Source: an uncultured Methanosarcinales archaeon
GTDB lineage: Archaea; Nanobdellota; Nanobdellia; Woesearchaeales; CAYVYK01
NCBI GenBank assembly: GCA_964455675.1
Contig: CAYVYK010000002.1
Span: 7,791 to 71,790 of the forward strand
Length of the DNA stretch: 64,000 nucleotides
Direction of reading: 5' to 3'
Shown: positions 37,904 through 47,384 of the stretch, in pieces
How the letters are laid out: every line of letters begins with the position of its first letter
Numbering within the stretch: position 1 is the stretch's first letter
Program-made: the position numbers and the translations under genes
Notes under the pieces: generated by a model
The model's input: only the letters and a program-made list of their open reading frames with translations
The model's database searches: none
What the model was told of the DNA's origin: nothing

Positions 37904-38606
37904 CTGTTACCTTCTTGCCGGTTTTTTGCTCGAGGAATGCCTTGACGACATCCGTGAGTCCGGTTGTGTGTGAATTTCGTTCGATGGTGGTTATCGCTTC
38001 TACCGCAATGAGCTCCATCCGTGGTTCGCCCATGATCCATATGAGGCCATTCTGTCCAACGACAACATTGCATCCGGTCGCGTGTTTGATCATGCTGATC
38101 ATACTGCCCTGCTTACCGATGATTCTTGGGACTTTCAGCGGATTGACACCAAAGACGCGTCCTCCCTCCAATTTCTTTAGGCCTGGGCCCTTGAGAGAGA
38201 GATCAATCAGCCTCTTTGCCGAGATGTTGCTCACTTTTGCGACGATCATGTCACCCACTTCAAAATACTGTGACAAGTCCGCGCCGCGATTGATAAAGTC
38301 GCTTGTGGCGTCCTTTATTGTCAGCACTGCGGTGTATGCGCAGTTGATGTCGACACGCCATCCCGCAATAAATATTTCCTCAACCCGGCCAATGACGGTG
38401 TCTCCTCTCTTGGGATGGTAGTATCCTCTGATGGGAATAAGTTTTATTACCTTACCCTCAATCTGTACGATACCGACCCGATCCGCGCGGATCGAGTCTC
38501 CGTCCCTGTACGTTCCAAAACTTGGCAGATAGTCCATGCCTTCCGCGATGACTTCACCGGGTACGACAATTGACTTCTGCTGGAATAACAACTTACTTTC
38601 TGTCAT
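37875..38606 (-). CDS. rrp4: Exosome RNA-binding protein Rrp4 (S1+KH)
   Basis: VVPGE, YHPKRGDTVIG, KVPRIIGKQGSMI, VGQNGLIW. Confidence 0.96.
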   Translation of the reverse strand: MTESKLLFQQKSIVVPGEVIAEGMDYLPSFGTYRDGDSIRADRVGIVQIEGKVIKLIPIRGYYHPKRGDTVIGRVEEIFIAGWRVDINCAYTAVLTIKDATSDFINRGADLSQYFEVGDMIVAKVSNISAKRLIDLSLKGPGLKKLEGGRVFGVNPLKVPRIIGKQGSMISMIKHATGCNVVVGQNGLIWIMGEPRMELIAVEAITTIERNSHTTGLTDVVKAFLEQKTGKKVTGEHDERSDI

Positions 38607-38617
38607 GATATCTCCTC

Positions 38618-39340
38618 CTAAGACTCTTTAAGTATGCGTGTTGTGTTGTTGCCATGAGTGATTTGGTTCAAGAGGTCATAAAATTCTTCTTCCATTCCTC
38701 CTGGAAGTTCGATGACTCCATACCATGCACCACTGCTCTCCCATTGGCTCTTGATGAGCTTTCCGAAGCGCTTCGCATGCGGATAAAATGCGGACGCGTA
38801 TTTCTGTGGTACGCGCACTTCAACTTCCTTTACCTCGAAACGTATCGGGAGTATGGGGAGCAGTTTCTTAAGGATTTCCTGGACTTGCTCCTCAACGGGT
38901 TTACTTGGGTGGATATGCACCTTTGCTTCTTCCATGGCGCGTTCTATTCGGTCAGGCGGATGCGGTAGTTTTGTTGCTGGATCAACTCCATTCCTATGAA
39001 TGATGTTGATGATTTGTTTCTGCTTCTGCATGAGCTGTTTCTTCCGGTGTTCCGCTGTAAGCTGTATCTCGCCCTTGTGAAGAATGACGTCCGCGATAGT
39101 AAAGACATCCGTCGTACCAAACGCTTTTTGAAGGTTTGCCTCGGATGCTCGCATGCCTCGATGGGTGTCCTCAAAGATGTGCTCTGCCTGAAGAACCTCT
39201 GCCAGTTCAACACTTCTTCCCTCAAGGTAATCGGCTGCTTTATCAGCGTCGATTGGTACCTCAAAGTTCACCCCTTCGCGCTTGAGTTTCGCGAGGTTGA
39301 TATGCAGCTTCTCATGATCAAAAGTGAATGTTTTTCCCAT
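38618..39340 (-). CDS. sdo1: Ribosome maturation factor SBDS/Sdo1
   Basis: [35 protein letters not shown]. Confidence 0.96.
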   Translation of the reverse strand: MGKTFTFDHEKLHINLAKLKREGVNFEVPIDADKAADYLEGRSVELAEVLQAEHIFEDTHRGMRASEANLQKAFGTTDVFTIADVILHKGEIQLTAEHRKKQLMQKQKQIINIIHRNGVDPATKLPHPPDRIERAMEEAKVHIHPSKPVEEQVQEILKKLLPILPIRFEVKEVEVRVPQKYASAFYPHAKRFGKLIKSQWESSGAWYGVIELPGGMEEEFYDLLNQITHGNNTTRILKES

Positions 39341-39341
39341 C

Positions 39342-40067
39342 TTACTTGCCCTTCTTGTTCACTTTCTCGATATCGTCTGCTGCAAACCTTGTGAACTTCA
39401 TCTCGTCTGATTTGATATAAGCCGCGTCGATTCGTTCGATACTAAAATTCTTGTCGAGTACTTTTTTAAGCGCGCGCATGCAAAGGTCCATGCCTTGCAC
39501 GATTGTCATATTTGGGGAGTACTCCTTGTGGAATATCTCTTCGATTTCCGTTTCGTATTCCCCGATGACGCTTGCGCGGTAACGGAAGTAGATACCCGTT
39601 GGATCCGTCTCGAAGAGCTTTGGCCCGTCAAGATCAACTCCTGCGATGAGGAGAGAGACTCCAAAGGGTCGCAGGCCTCCTGACTGTGTGCAGAGTTGTT
39701 TAAGGTCTGAAAGATCCTTGACGATTTCAATGACATCAATATTGGAGTCGTAGGTGACGCGGTGCTGTTGTGCACGCAGCTGAGCTCGTTCGATAAGGAC
39801 GCGAGCATCGCTCAGGATTCCTGCAGCAGTTGCTCCGATGTGGGAGTCAACTTGCCATAATTTTTCCACGCTCTCTGGGACGATGAGTTTGTCCACGATA
39901 CGCTTATCGGTCACGAGGATTACACCGTCCTTGCAAACCATTCCGATTGCAGTGGATCCCTGCTTCACGGTCTTTTTTGCGTACTCGACTTGTAAAAGTC
40001 TTCCGTCTGGGCTGAACATGGTAATGGCACGATCATATCCCATTAACTGATGTGGCATTGGTTGCAT
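39342..40067 (-). CDS. psmA: Proteasome subunit alpha
   Basis: [21 protein letters not shown] and RPFGVSLL; start at MQPMP (GGTGA RBS). Confidence 0.97.
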   Translation of the reverse strand: MQPMPHQLMGYDRAITMFSPDGRLLQVEYAKKTVKQGSTAIGMVCKDGVILVTDKRIVDKLIVPESVEKLWQVDSHIGATAAGILSDARVLIERAQLRAQQHRVTYDSNIDVIEIVKDLSDLKQLCTQSGGLRPFGVSLLIAGVDLDGPKLFETDPTGIYFRYRASVIGEYETEIEEIFHKEYSPNMTIVQGMDLCMRALKKVLDKNFSIERIDAAYIKSDEMKFTRFAADDIEKVNKKGK

Positions 40068-40086
40068 GCTTTCACCTTCGTCTTGC

Positions 40087-40455
40087 TTAGCTGACATGGG
40101 GCGACACCTTCCGCAGGATACCGCTGACGCCAAGACTTCTCACGATAACCTGCTGATTTTCTATTGTATCCGTAAGGCAGAACGTAGCCTTCAGCGCGTC
40201 AACATACCGATTGTTGATGCGAATGATGCCTCGCTGCTTCCGCGGATTGAATTTCTCATCAATGAACATGTATCCGGCGCGGCCTGCGCCGCTTGTACCA
40301 AGGAAAGAGTAGAACGATCGCGCAAGCGCGCCGATTGCTTGGTGTTGGCTTATTGGATTATCTGATAGGATTTCAAAAGCAACATAGCGCTTTTTCTCAC
40401 GCATACTGGGTGTCAATGACTTTTTCATGATCGATGGAGAAGGCGTCCTTTTCAT
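40087..40455 (-). CDS. rnp2: RNase P protein Pop5/Rpp14
   Basis: PSMREKKRYVAFEI, GIIR, SLGVSGILRK; canonical position upstream of psmA. Confidence 0.92.
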   Translation of the reverse strand: MKRTPSPSIMKKSLTPSMREKKRYVAFEILSDNPISQHQAIGALARSFYSFLGTSGAGRAGYMFIDEKFNPRKQRGIIRINNRYVDALKATFCLTDTIENQQVIVRSLGVSGILRKVSPHVS

Positions 40456-40537
40456 TCACCTTAGCTTCTCTCGTTATCGTCAAGGGGAGAGAGGCAACTT
40501 TATAAACGTTGTGTTTCGATCCCTGGATGTATGATAG

Positions 40538-40640
40538 GTATATTAGTATAGTCATTAGTATATTAGTAGTGCTATATTATTAATTAGTATATAAATATAT
40601 ACTTAAGTATATCTATATTATTATATGTATACTAGTATGG
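40538..40640. repeat. Extremely AT-rich tract with ATTAGTA repeats and a 16-bp palindrome
   Basis: ATTAGTA at 40542, 40554, 40562 and 40583; ATATACTTAAGTATAT at 40597-40612; ATACTAGTAT at 40629-40638. Confidence 0.6.
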
Positions 40641-40706
40641 TAAATAAGTCCCAACCAGATCATCACCGATACTGTGGTGTTGAATCAAACGTAAGACCTG
40701 GTGGTA

Positions 40707-41435
40707 TTATTGAGCTCGAGTGTTTAGTCTCGACTGAGTCGCGATCATTATGATAATAGAGGGAGCGATCGTAATCATGAGAATAAACACAAGCCAGGAA
40801 GGCAGTTCTATGATCGGCTGCACAGCAAGCGCGTAGGTCCAGAAGAATGTTCCAAGAAAGATAAGGAAAACTAGGACAATGCCGAGAAAAACGAGACTTC
40901 CGTATTGGATGAACAGCCGCGATCCTCGTGTGTCAATCTGGCTGGCAACAAATAGCGTCATTGCCACCGTGACAAGAAAAGGCGTGAGCGCAATCGAGGG
41001 AAGAATGAATATCCTGCGGGGCATCATGCCGGTAGTCAGACTTATTTCCTTTGATGATTTCCACATCCAATAAAACCAATAGACTCCAAACGTAATGATT
41101 GTGAGAATCACCATGAGGGCGACATTTCTGTGCTTTACTTGGTAGTAGAAGTTTCGGTCAGATGCTGGGGCCACTTTTTCTGGTTGTATGACATACTTCA
41201 TGTCTGAATCCGAGGAAGGTTCAGCTGAAGTCTCTTCAGGTTCGGCGGTTTCTTCCTTATCCTCCTGCACGGGTGCCTCTGGTGTCTCTTTTCTTAGAAT
41301 TCCGAGGCCTTCAAAAGCTTCCGTTATTGCCGTAGGTGAGTATCCATACTTCTGTAAGTACTCCCTCATCTCATTTGGAGAATATCCCTTATCCTTGTTC
41401 CGAGTAATCCAATCTACAAGCCCCTTATCGACCAC
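40707..41435 (-). CDS. DUF4234-like membrane protein with N-terminal helical module
   Basis: ILTIITFGVYWFYW; C-terminal QSRLN; acidic linker. Confidence 0.7.
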   Translation of the reverse strand: MVDKGLVDWITRNKDKGYSPNEMREYLQKYGYSPTAITEAFEGLGILRKETPEAPVQEDKEETAEPEETSAEPSSDSDMKYVIQPEKVAPASDRNFYYQVKHRNVALMVILTIITFGVYWFYWMWKSSKEISLTTGMMPRRIFILPSIALTPFLVTVAMTLFVASQIDTRGSRLFIQYGSLVFLGIVLVFLIFLGTFFWTYALAVQPIIELPSWLVFILMITIAPSIIIMIATQSRLNTRAQ

Positions 41436-41535
41436 AAGGGGAAATATCCGGTCAACCTATTTTATACTTTTAGAGTAACATAAGAGTAACAACAGACCGC
41501 AGTCTAACATGCACGAGTACGAATGGAGGAAAAGG

Positions 41536-42405
41536 TCATGCTAACGTAATCAAAATAACTCCACCGACCATGAGCAGTGCTCCTATCCAGCGTTGCACTC
41601 CGAACTTCTCTCGGAAGATGAGTAAGCCCCAGAAAACCGCGAAGAGGGCAGCGAGCCTCTTGATCGCAATAACATATACTACAAGCATGAGCGTGAGTGC
41701 AGTATATTGTGCGAGAAGCCCGACAGCGGTGACGATCCCAATCAGAAGGAGCGGCTTCCAGTTCAGGGTAAACGCGTGTCGTGCAGAAGGTTTGAACATA
41801 ACAGGAAGGAGTACGAGTGTGACTCCAGCGTTGAACACGACTGCCCAGAACCATACCGATGAATGAGTTATTGCGATCTTGTCGAGATTTGATCCTATGC
41901 TGAATAGGAAAGCGACGATTAGCATGTACCGAGATCCCTTTTCCCTCACGATTGACAAGAGTGGATCGAGGAGGTTTTGATGATTTCCTGCCTGCGCGCC
42001 CTTTGTATGTGTGATATACGCTCCAATCACGATGAGGAGTACACCAAGTATCCCGACAAATGAAGGGTATTCAGAGACGAGCAATGGTGATAAGATCAGC
42101 ATGAAGAGTGGTGTGAACGTGATTAATGGCCCAACTTTTGAGAGGTCTGAATGCTTGAGTGCCTGAAGATAAAGAATGGAAGCAAAAGCATTCACGATAA
42201 CTGCGCCAACAAAAGCCAACCAGAATGTTCCATCAGTTTGTGGAATAGGGAATAGGAAAAGCAGTGGAAGGAGGAGGATGAATGTGAAGAACCTGAATGC
42301 CCACGCAATTGTAAAGGCGTCTAGGTGTTGTGTTTGTTTTTTTGAGAGTACTGCCCGCAGTGACTCAAGCACCGCAGTGAGGAATGCGAGAAAAAATCCA
42401 AGCAT
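41536..42405 (-). CDS. EamA/DMT-family transporter
   Basis: Ten TMs in two repeats; ALKHSDLSKVGPL; GLLIFREK. Confidence 0.92.
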   Translation of the reverse strand: MLGFFLAFLTAVLESLRAVLSKKQTQHLDAFTIAWAFRFFTFILLLPLLFLFPIPQTDGTFWLAFVGAVIVNAFASILYLQALKHSDLSKVGPLITFTPLFMLILSPLLVSEYPSFVGILGVLLIVIGAYITHTKGAQAGNHQNLLDPLLSIVREKGSRYMLIVAFLFSIGSNLDKIAITHSSVWFWAVVFNAGVTLVLLPVMFKPSARHAFTLNWKPLLLIGIVTAVGLLAQYTALTLMLVVYVIAIKRLAALFAVFWGLLIFREKFGVQRWIGALLMVGGVILITLA

Positions 42406-42430
42406 AAAAAATCAAGAAGAAGAGGAATAT

Positions 42431-42463
42431 AAAAAAATATGTAAAAATCCCGCAAAGCGGGAT
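42431..42463 (-). terminator. Intrinsic-terminator-like hairpin plus T-tract
   Basis: Minus strand ATCCCGC-TTT-GCGGGAT followed by TTTTACATATTTTTTT, just after the stop at 42473. Confidence 0.65.
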
Positions 42464-42472
42464 GTAACGCTC

Positions 42473-43690
42473 CTAGATCAGGTCCTGGAACGATGGGGGT
42501 CGGTTCACGTCCTGGACATTGATGGTGACATCTGCTGTTGATGATGTCTTGCCATCGGACGCAGTTATGGTCACTACATGTGTTCCCTGGTCGCTGAATC
42601 CGGTTTGCTTCGTGCTTGTCGTCATCCATCCGGAGTACGTAACAGTGACGGGATCGCCGTCAGCGTCTTGCACAACAGGTGTGAGTACAACAAGGTCGTT
42701 CTCGCGCACATTGATCGGACTTTGAATCTGGATCGTAGGTGCGGAGTTCTGCTGTTCAACCGTGAGGTTAAACCGGACGCTGGTCTCAAGGAATCCGTCA
42801 CTTGCGGTAACGGTAATCATTTTGACTCCAACATCCTCCTCTTCAGGTCTCCATGACCCCGATTCGTCAAGTGGTTCGCTAAACTTGTAGGATATGACAT
42901 CCCCATCAGGATCGCTTCCTTGCGGTTTCACGGTAACTTTCTGTCCTGCTTTGATGGTCACTGCGTCAATCGGACTTATGACTGGTGCGCGGTTGACGTT
43001 CAATATTTTAAGTGTGACTGTTCTCTGCGTCGCACTCTTGCCATCGTCTGCAGTGATCGTTACCTGGTAGGTTCCAGCGTCATCATATGTCGTCAGTTTG
43101 GAGTTGCCGGTCATCCATCCACTATAGCTGATCTGTACCTGATCTCCATCATTATCAGTGACTGACGGATTGAGTTCGATCTTATCACCCTCGCGGAATG
43201 TAAGTTCCCCAAGGTCTTTTATGATCGGTGGCGCATTTCGCGGCTCAACGATAATGAGTACGTCCTGGCTGACGATGCTCTTTCCATCCGATGCGGATAT
43301 CTTGATCTTGTACTGGCCGGCATCGCCGATCTTTGTCTGCCATGTTCCATCCGCTGCGAGCGGCGAACTGAATGTGTATGTCACGGGATCCCCGTCAGGG
43401 TCGGTGACCCGTAGATTCGGGAAACTCACAACGTCTCCCTCGCGTACCTTAAGTATAGGTACCTCATTGACATTGACGCCTTCACTTGGTTCAGACGTTT
43501 CTGTTGGTGGTGGCGTTATCGTCACCAGGGGTGTCTCTTCTGGAGTCTCGATGCCTGGCGGCGTACCTATGCCGTTCGGCAGCAAATCCATCCCGCTGAG
43601 ATTCTCCTCAACGACTGGTGGCGTATATGTACAGCCTACCAAGATCAACAAGAAGAATGCACTTATCCACTGTAAATGTGTTAATCTCAT
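42473..43690 (-). CDS. Lipoprotein with four cadherin/Ig-like repeats
   Basis: ILVGC lipobox; P/T/E linker; repeats DPDGDPV/DNDGDQV...ASDG...NxAP in an A-B-A-B pattern. Confidence 0.8.
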   Translation of the reverse strand: MRLTHLQWISAFFLLILVGCTYTPPVVEENLSGMDLLPNGIGTPPGIETPEETPLVTITPPPTETSEPSEGVNVNEVPILKVREGDVVSFPNLRVTDPDGDPVTYTFSSPLAADGTWQTKIGDAGQYKIKISASDGKSIVSQDVLIIVEPRNAPPIIKDLGELTFREGDKIELNPSVTDNDGDQVQISYSGWMTGNSKLTTYDDAGTYQVTITADDGKSATQRTVTLKILNVNRAPVISPIDAVTIKAGQKVTVKPQGSDPDGDVISYKFSEPLDESGSWRPEEEDVGVKMITVTASDGFLETSVRFNLTVEQQNSAPTIQIQSPINVRENDLVVLTPVVQDADGDPVTVTYSGWMTTSTKQTGFSDQGTHVVTITASDGKTSSTADVTINVQDVNRPPSFQDLI

Positions 43691-43844
43691 CTGATATTCA
43701 CCTCAAGTAGCCCAATTGAAACCCGATGCTGTTACTATTCACCAATCTGAATCTTCTATATAAACTTTCTGGTAGTCACTCCGTGTCACAACTTCATGAT
43801 TTATATCTGATACTCTGTGTGTGGGACAAAGGAGTAACAACCTT

Positions 43845-44453
43845 CTACTGTTGAAAATACCGTCGTGCTGCCCATGCACCAAGAAGTATGAGTGCAGCAT
43901 ACCATACTCCTGCACCGATAATGCGAATGAGTGCGTCTTCAAAAAACTGCATGGGATACATCCGGATGATGAGGGAGTTGACGTCAAAGATCCATGTCCC
44001 TGATTTGAAGAACAATTCATGGAATCCATAAAAAAGTCCCGTAAAGAGTGATCCTGCGATGATGACGAGGATGAGTGACAAAGCAAGATGCACTCCCGAA
44101 CCGTAGAGTAATACCGTGACCGCTTCACGAAAGCCGTGCTTTTTCCATTCATACCATACCACGATACTGCAGAGGAGAAGCGCGATCATGGCGGATATCT
44201 CGATACTAAGGATGATCACTCGCACATCACGCATATGCGCCCGTTCTTCATCTGTAAAGGGGACACCATCGATTGTTGATGAGAAACCGGTGAGATAGCG
44301 CGCAACAGATGCGTGATACTCTGTTGGTTCTGGTATCCCAAGGTGTATTCGTTCGTTTTCGTAGAAGCCACTATCAAGAAGTACAGTCATGAGAGCCAGA
44401 CCGCAGACAAGGATTGGAACGGATACCGCGCCTAGAATAATCGTTGCTCGCAT
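43845..44453 (-). CDS. DUF1461 / TIGR01906 (Lit-like) membrane protein
   Basis: FTDEERAHMRDV, FYGFHELFF..GTWIF, LIIRMYPMQFF; four TMs. Confidence 0.85.
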   Translation of the reverse strand: MRATIILGAVSVPILVCGLALMTVLLDSGFYENERIHLGIPEPTEYHASVARYLTGFSSTIDGVPFTDEERAHMRDVRVIILSIEISAMIALLLCSIVVWYEWKKHGFREAVTVLLYGSGVHLALSLILVIIAGSLFTGLFYGFHELFFKSGTWIFDVNSLIIRMYPMQFFEDALIRIIGAGVWYAALILLGAWAARRYFQQ

Positions 44454-44460
44454 GGTAGCG

Positions 44461-45078
44461 CTACTTCCTGCGCCTGCGCACCCTCTTCCCGATTCTGACG
44501 ATCTGATCTACGACGCGCAGCCGTGCAAGGATGAGGAGAAGTGCAGCAGCAAGCAAAACGAGAATGAGTACAACAATAGAAGGATGCATTCTCGTGACTG
44601 TTGTGGTGTGAGGAGTTGAAGTCGGTGTAGGTAACTCGGTATCTTCGGGATCATCTAGCAACTCATCTGCAAGTACGAGCTCCATTCCCCTCCAGTACCA
44701 TGTATCTCCATTGATGTCCAGATAGTTGTCTCCACAGCCAAGAATGTGGTACCCAAGTATACCTTCCGGCAGCGGAGTGTTTGGATCATCATCGTACCTG
44801 ATGTATGTCTGCTGGTCTATTCCAAGGAGAAATTCTGCGATAATGATATCAGGAATCCCAGGACCATTTATAGTCTGGATTGGGTGGTATTCTGCTCCGT
44901 TTGGGGTGAAAACCACGCGGTTGAATGTGAGGTTATGCGTCCTGCAATCTACTTCCATTTGCTTTGATAAAAGCCGAATGAATTCCTCGCTTTTCTGTGC
45001 TTCCACATCTGCTGAAAGTATACAGGCAAGGATCAAGCAACCAATGATGACAGTAATGTGCATGATGCGGTTATTCAT
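44461..45078 (-). CDS. Exported protein with C-terminal TM and basic tail
   Basis: Signal peptide, PTPTSTPHTTT linker, TM, RVRRRRK. Confidence 0.65.
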   Translation of the reverse strand: MNNRIMHITVIIGCLILACILSADVEAQKSEEFIRLLSKQMEVDCRTHNLTFNRVVFTPNGAEYHPIQTINGPGIPDIIIAEFLLGIDQQTYIRYDDDPNTPLPEGILGYHILGCGDNYLDINGDTWYWRGMELVLADELLDDPEDTELPTPTSTPHTTTVTRMHPSIVVLILVLLAAALLLILARLRVVDQIVRIGKRVRRRRK

Positions 45079-45360
45079 TATGAAGCTGCGGAGTGGAGGT
45101 CCTATTTATTATTAATGCATCCAGCTTGCGAGGATACATGAAAAACTCGAATCAGAGCATGAACAGTATTCGCTGATGTACTTCAATAATGCCACGATGT
45201 TGACCTTTCAATAGACTAGGTAATTAAATTACGTAAAAGATACATGCATTATCGACGATTGGAAGGCGCTGATGTGAATTGTACGTCTGGTCAGTAGTCT
45301 GGTCTGTATACAGTAATCTAGTCTGTATAGAATGCTTTTTTAATAACCTCATCATTTAGT

Positions 45361-46074
45361 GTGTTTATGGGTAGATTTGTGTGTAAGCATATGGGATCCT
45401 GCTGTGAGAATCCTGCAGCTCCCGTCAATGTGACCGCGGCGGATCTTGTTCGTATTGCTGACTATCTTCAAGCCTCTGTTCTGGAGCTATTTGGCACCGG
45501 ATGGTGTATGATTCCTTTTGGGATTCCCGAGAAACGCTTCTCGTACACTGTCGAGCCAGGTCTTGAGACTCCCTGCCAGTTTCATAAGGAGGGAAGATGT
45601 AGAGTCTATCCTGTGCGTCCGCTGAATTGTCGTATGTTTCCGTACTGGATCCTTGCAGTGATTCCAAAAGAGGGGAGGGAACACTTTGTGAAGGAAGACC
45701 TTTGCTGCGCTGCAAACCATTTCCCTTCCGTGAAAGAGAGAAAGAAGATCAGAGCATACGTGAACGCCATGGGCAAGGTATTAATGGAGGAATCACGTGT
45801 GACGGACGAGGTGTTGAAGAATCTCAATCTTAGCCGCACACTTGATGTGAAAAGTGAATCAACAGAGTTCTTCAATGATTTTCTCGCGGTGACTTATTCT
45901 GGAAAAAATCTCCGCAGAATGCAAGCTGAGCATCAGATAGCGTTCGCGAAGACTCTGATTAAACAGGAGGAGTATATCCCGTTCGTGAAATATGTCGTTG
46001 AGCATCACCAAGAAATTCGCGAAAAATCTGCAACAGCTGATTCTCTTATCGCTATTGAGAAGATGCTTGACTGA
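45361..46074 (+). CDS. YkgJ-family (CxxCxxCC) cysteine-cluster protein
   Basis: CKHMGSCC; PCQF...CRVYPVRPLNCRMFPY. Confidence 0.85.
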   Translation: MFMGRFVCKHMGSCCENPAAPVNVTAADLVRIADYLQASVLELFGTGWCMIPFGIPEKRFSYTVEPGLETPCQFHKEGRCRVYPVRPLNCRMFPYWILAVIPKEGREHFVKEDLCCAANHFPSVKERKKIRAYVNAMGKVLMEESRVTDEVLKNLNLSRTLDVKSESTEFFNDFLAVTYSGKNLRRMQAEHQIAFAKTLIKQEEYIPFVKYVVEHHQEIREKSATADSLIAIEKMLD

Positions 46075-46363
46075 ATCACTATGAAAAATGATATGATGGA
46101 AAATGGCATGATTAACACAGAAGAATAAACATGCTATATGTAAGGTGTTATCTGCTTCCCAATCCTTTTTTTGCATCCTTCCATCTGCAGTTCAATAAAA
46201 AAAAAGAAGAAAGCCCCCAACTGTTGTACCACAAGGCTCTCCTTCCCGAGAATAGCCTTTGTTTGCTTACCTTCTTTCTCGATTTTACCGTATATAAATC
46301 TTTCCGTCGGTGGTAGTGAAATAAGTATACTGGAATAGGGGAACACATTCTGTCAAGGGCATC

Positions 46364-47224
46364 CTAGCCAGTATCAGAATCTTGTTTTTCCGATAGCTGG
46401 TTTATAAAGGAAAGTACCTGCAACCTGAGGAGCACAAACATCGGCATGAAGAGTATGATGAATGCTGGTGGCATGAGCGCTGCATGGATCATCCCAAGTA
46501 GCATGACCACAAATATGCCGCATGCTGCAATCAAACAGACAAGGAAATAGTTCGTGAATACCTTTAGGGTTCTGAGGACTCCGGTATGGAACACAAGCAT
46601 TGTCGCTTTTGTAATCCGATGCTTGAGTAGGTACGCGTGATGGAGCGGAACAAAGTAGAGAATGCAGAGCATAAGGAAAAAGAAGGTGAAGCTCCAGATC
46701 TCCTTAAAGAATGGTACGTAGAGGACACTCGTGGCATACCCGAACAGTAATCCAACGAGTAGCACAAACCACCCGACATTGACTGCCATGACGCGTCCAA
46801 GGTATGTGATAATCGAGGCTTTTTCCGGATGGCCTCCAAGGAGGTACCATCCAAGTCCTCCAAATATGGACCAGCACACGTACGCGAAGATGAGTAGTAC
46901 AATGAAGAGCAGCGTCGCCTGGTGGAGGTATGCTTCAATCTCAATCTGTGTTGAGGCAAGTTTTGGGATGTAGGACGCACTGACCGATTCCACATTGATA
47001 TAGTTCAGAGCAGGTGCAATCATTTCGTTTGCATTCTTGAGTATTTCAAGGATTGCCGGAACCACGCGTACACCGACTAATCCAATTAGGAAGATGAGCG
47101 CGATGTCCATAAGAAATGATATGAATGCTGCAAGGGGTGCCTTGCGCACAAGGTGCACGTTCTGGACGAGCAATTCCACAACTGAATTGGTTTTATGAGT
47201 TTCCGTCTTTTGAGCCTTTGTCAA
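46364..47224 (-). CDS. Hypothetical polytopic membrane protein
   Basis: About 6 TMs; GGTGA before the TTG start. Confidence 0.7.
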   Translation of the reverse strand: MTKAQKTETHKTNSVVELLVQNVHLVRKAPLAAFISFLMDIALIFLIGLVGVRVVPAILEILKNANEMIAPALNYINVESVSASYIPKLASTQIEIEAYLHQATLLFIVLLIFAYVCWSIFGGLGWYLLGGHPEKASIITYLGRVMAVNVGWFVLLVGLLFGYATSVLYVPFFKEIWSFTFFFLMLCILYFVPLHHAYLLKHRITKATMLVFHTGVLRTLKVFTNYFLVCLIAACGIFVVMLLGMIHAALMPPAFIILFMPMFVLLRLQVLSFINQLSEKQDSDTG

Positions 47225-47286
47225 TTGATCACCAGACCAGTATTCCAGTATTTTTACACGTAAGTATTGTCAAACGGTCATCAAAT

Positions 47287-47384
47287 CTTTTCATGCCATT
47301 TCTTTTCATGATATTTTTTCACGCTATTTTCATGCTATTTATAGTCAGTTCATGACTTCATGCATACTCATATGCTCATATTGC
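47287..47384. repeat. Degenerate short tandem repeats (TTTTCATGCTAT-like)
   Basis: TTTTCATGCCAT, TTTTCATGATAT, TTTTCACGCTAT and TTTTCATGCTAT, then TTCATG twice and TCATAT twice. Confidence 0.5.

Noticed and set aside
46131..46348. Three overlapping 61-70 aa ORFs between convergent genes
   Set aside because: They contain homopolymer A/T tracts, have no RBS and show no coherent protein features; this is probably a terminator region.
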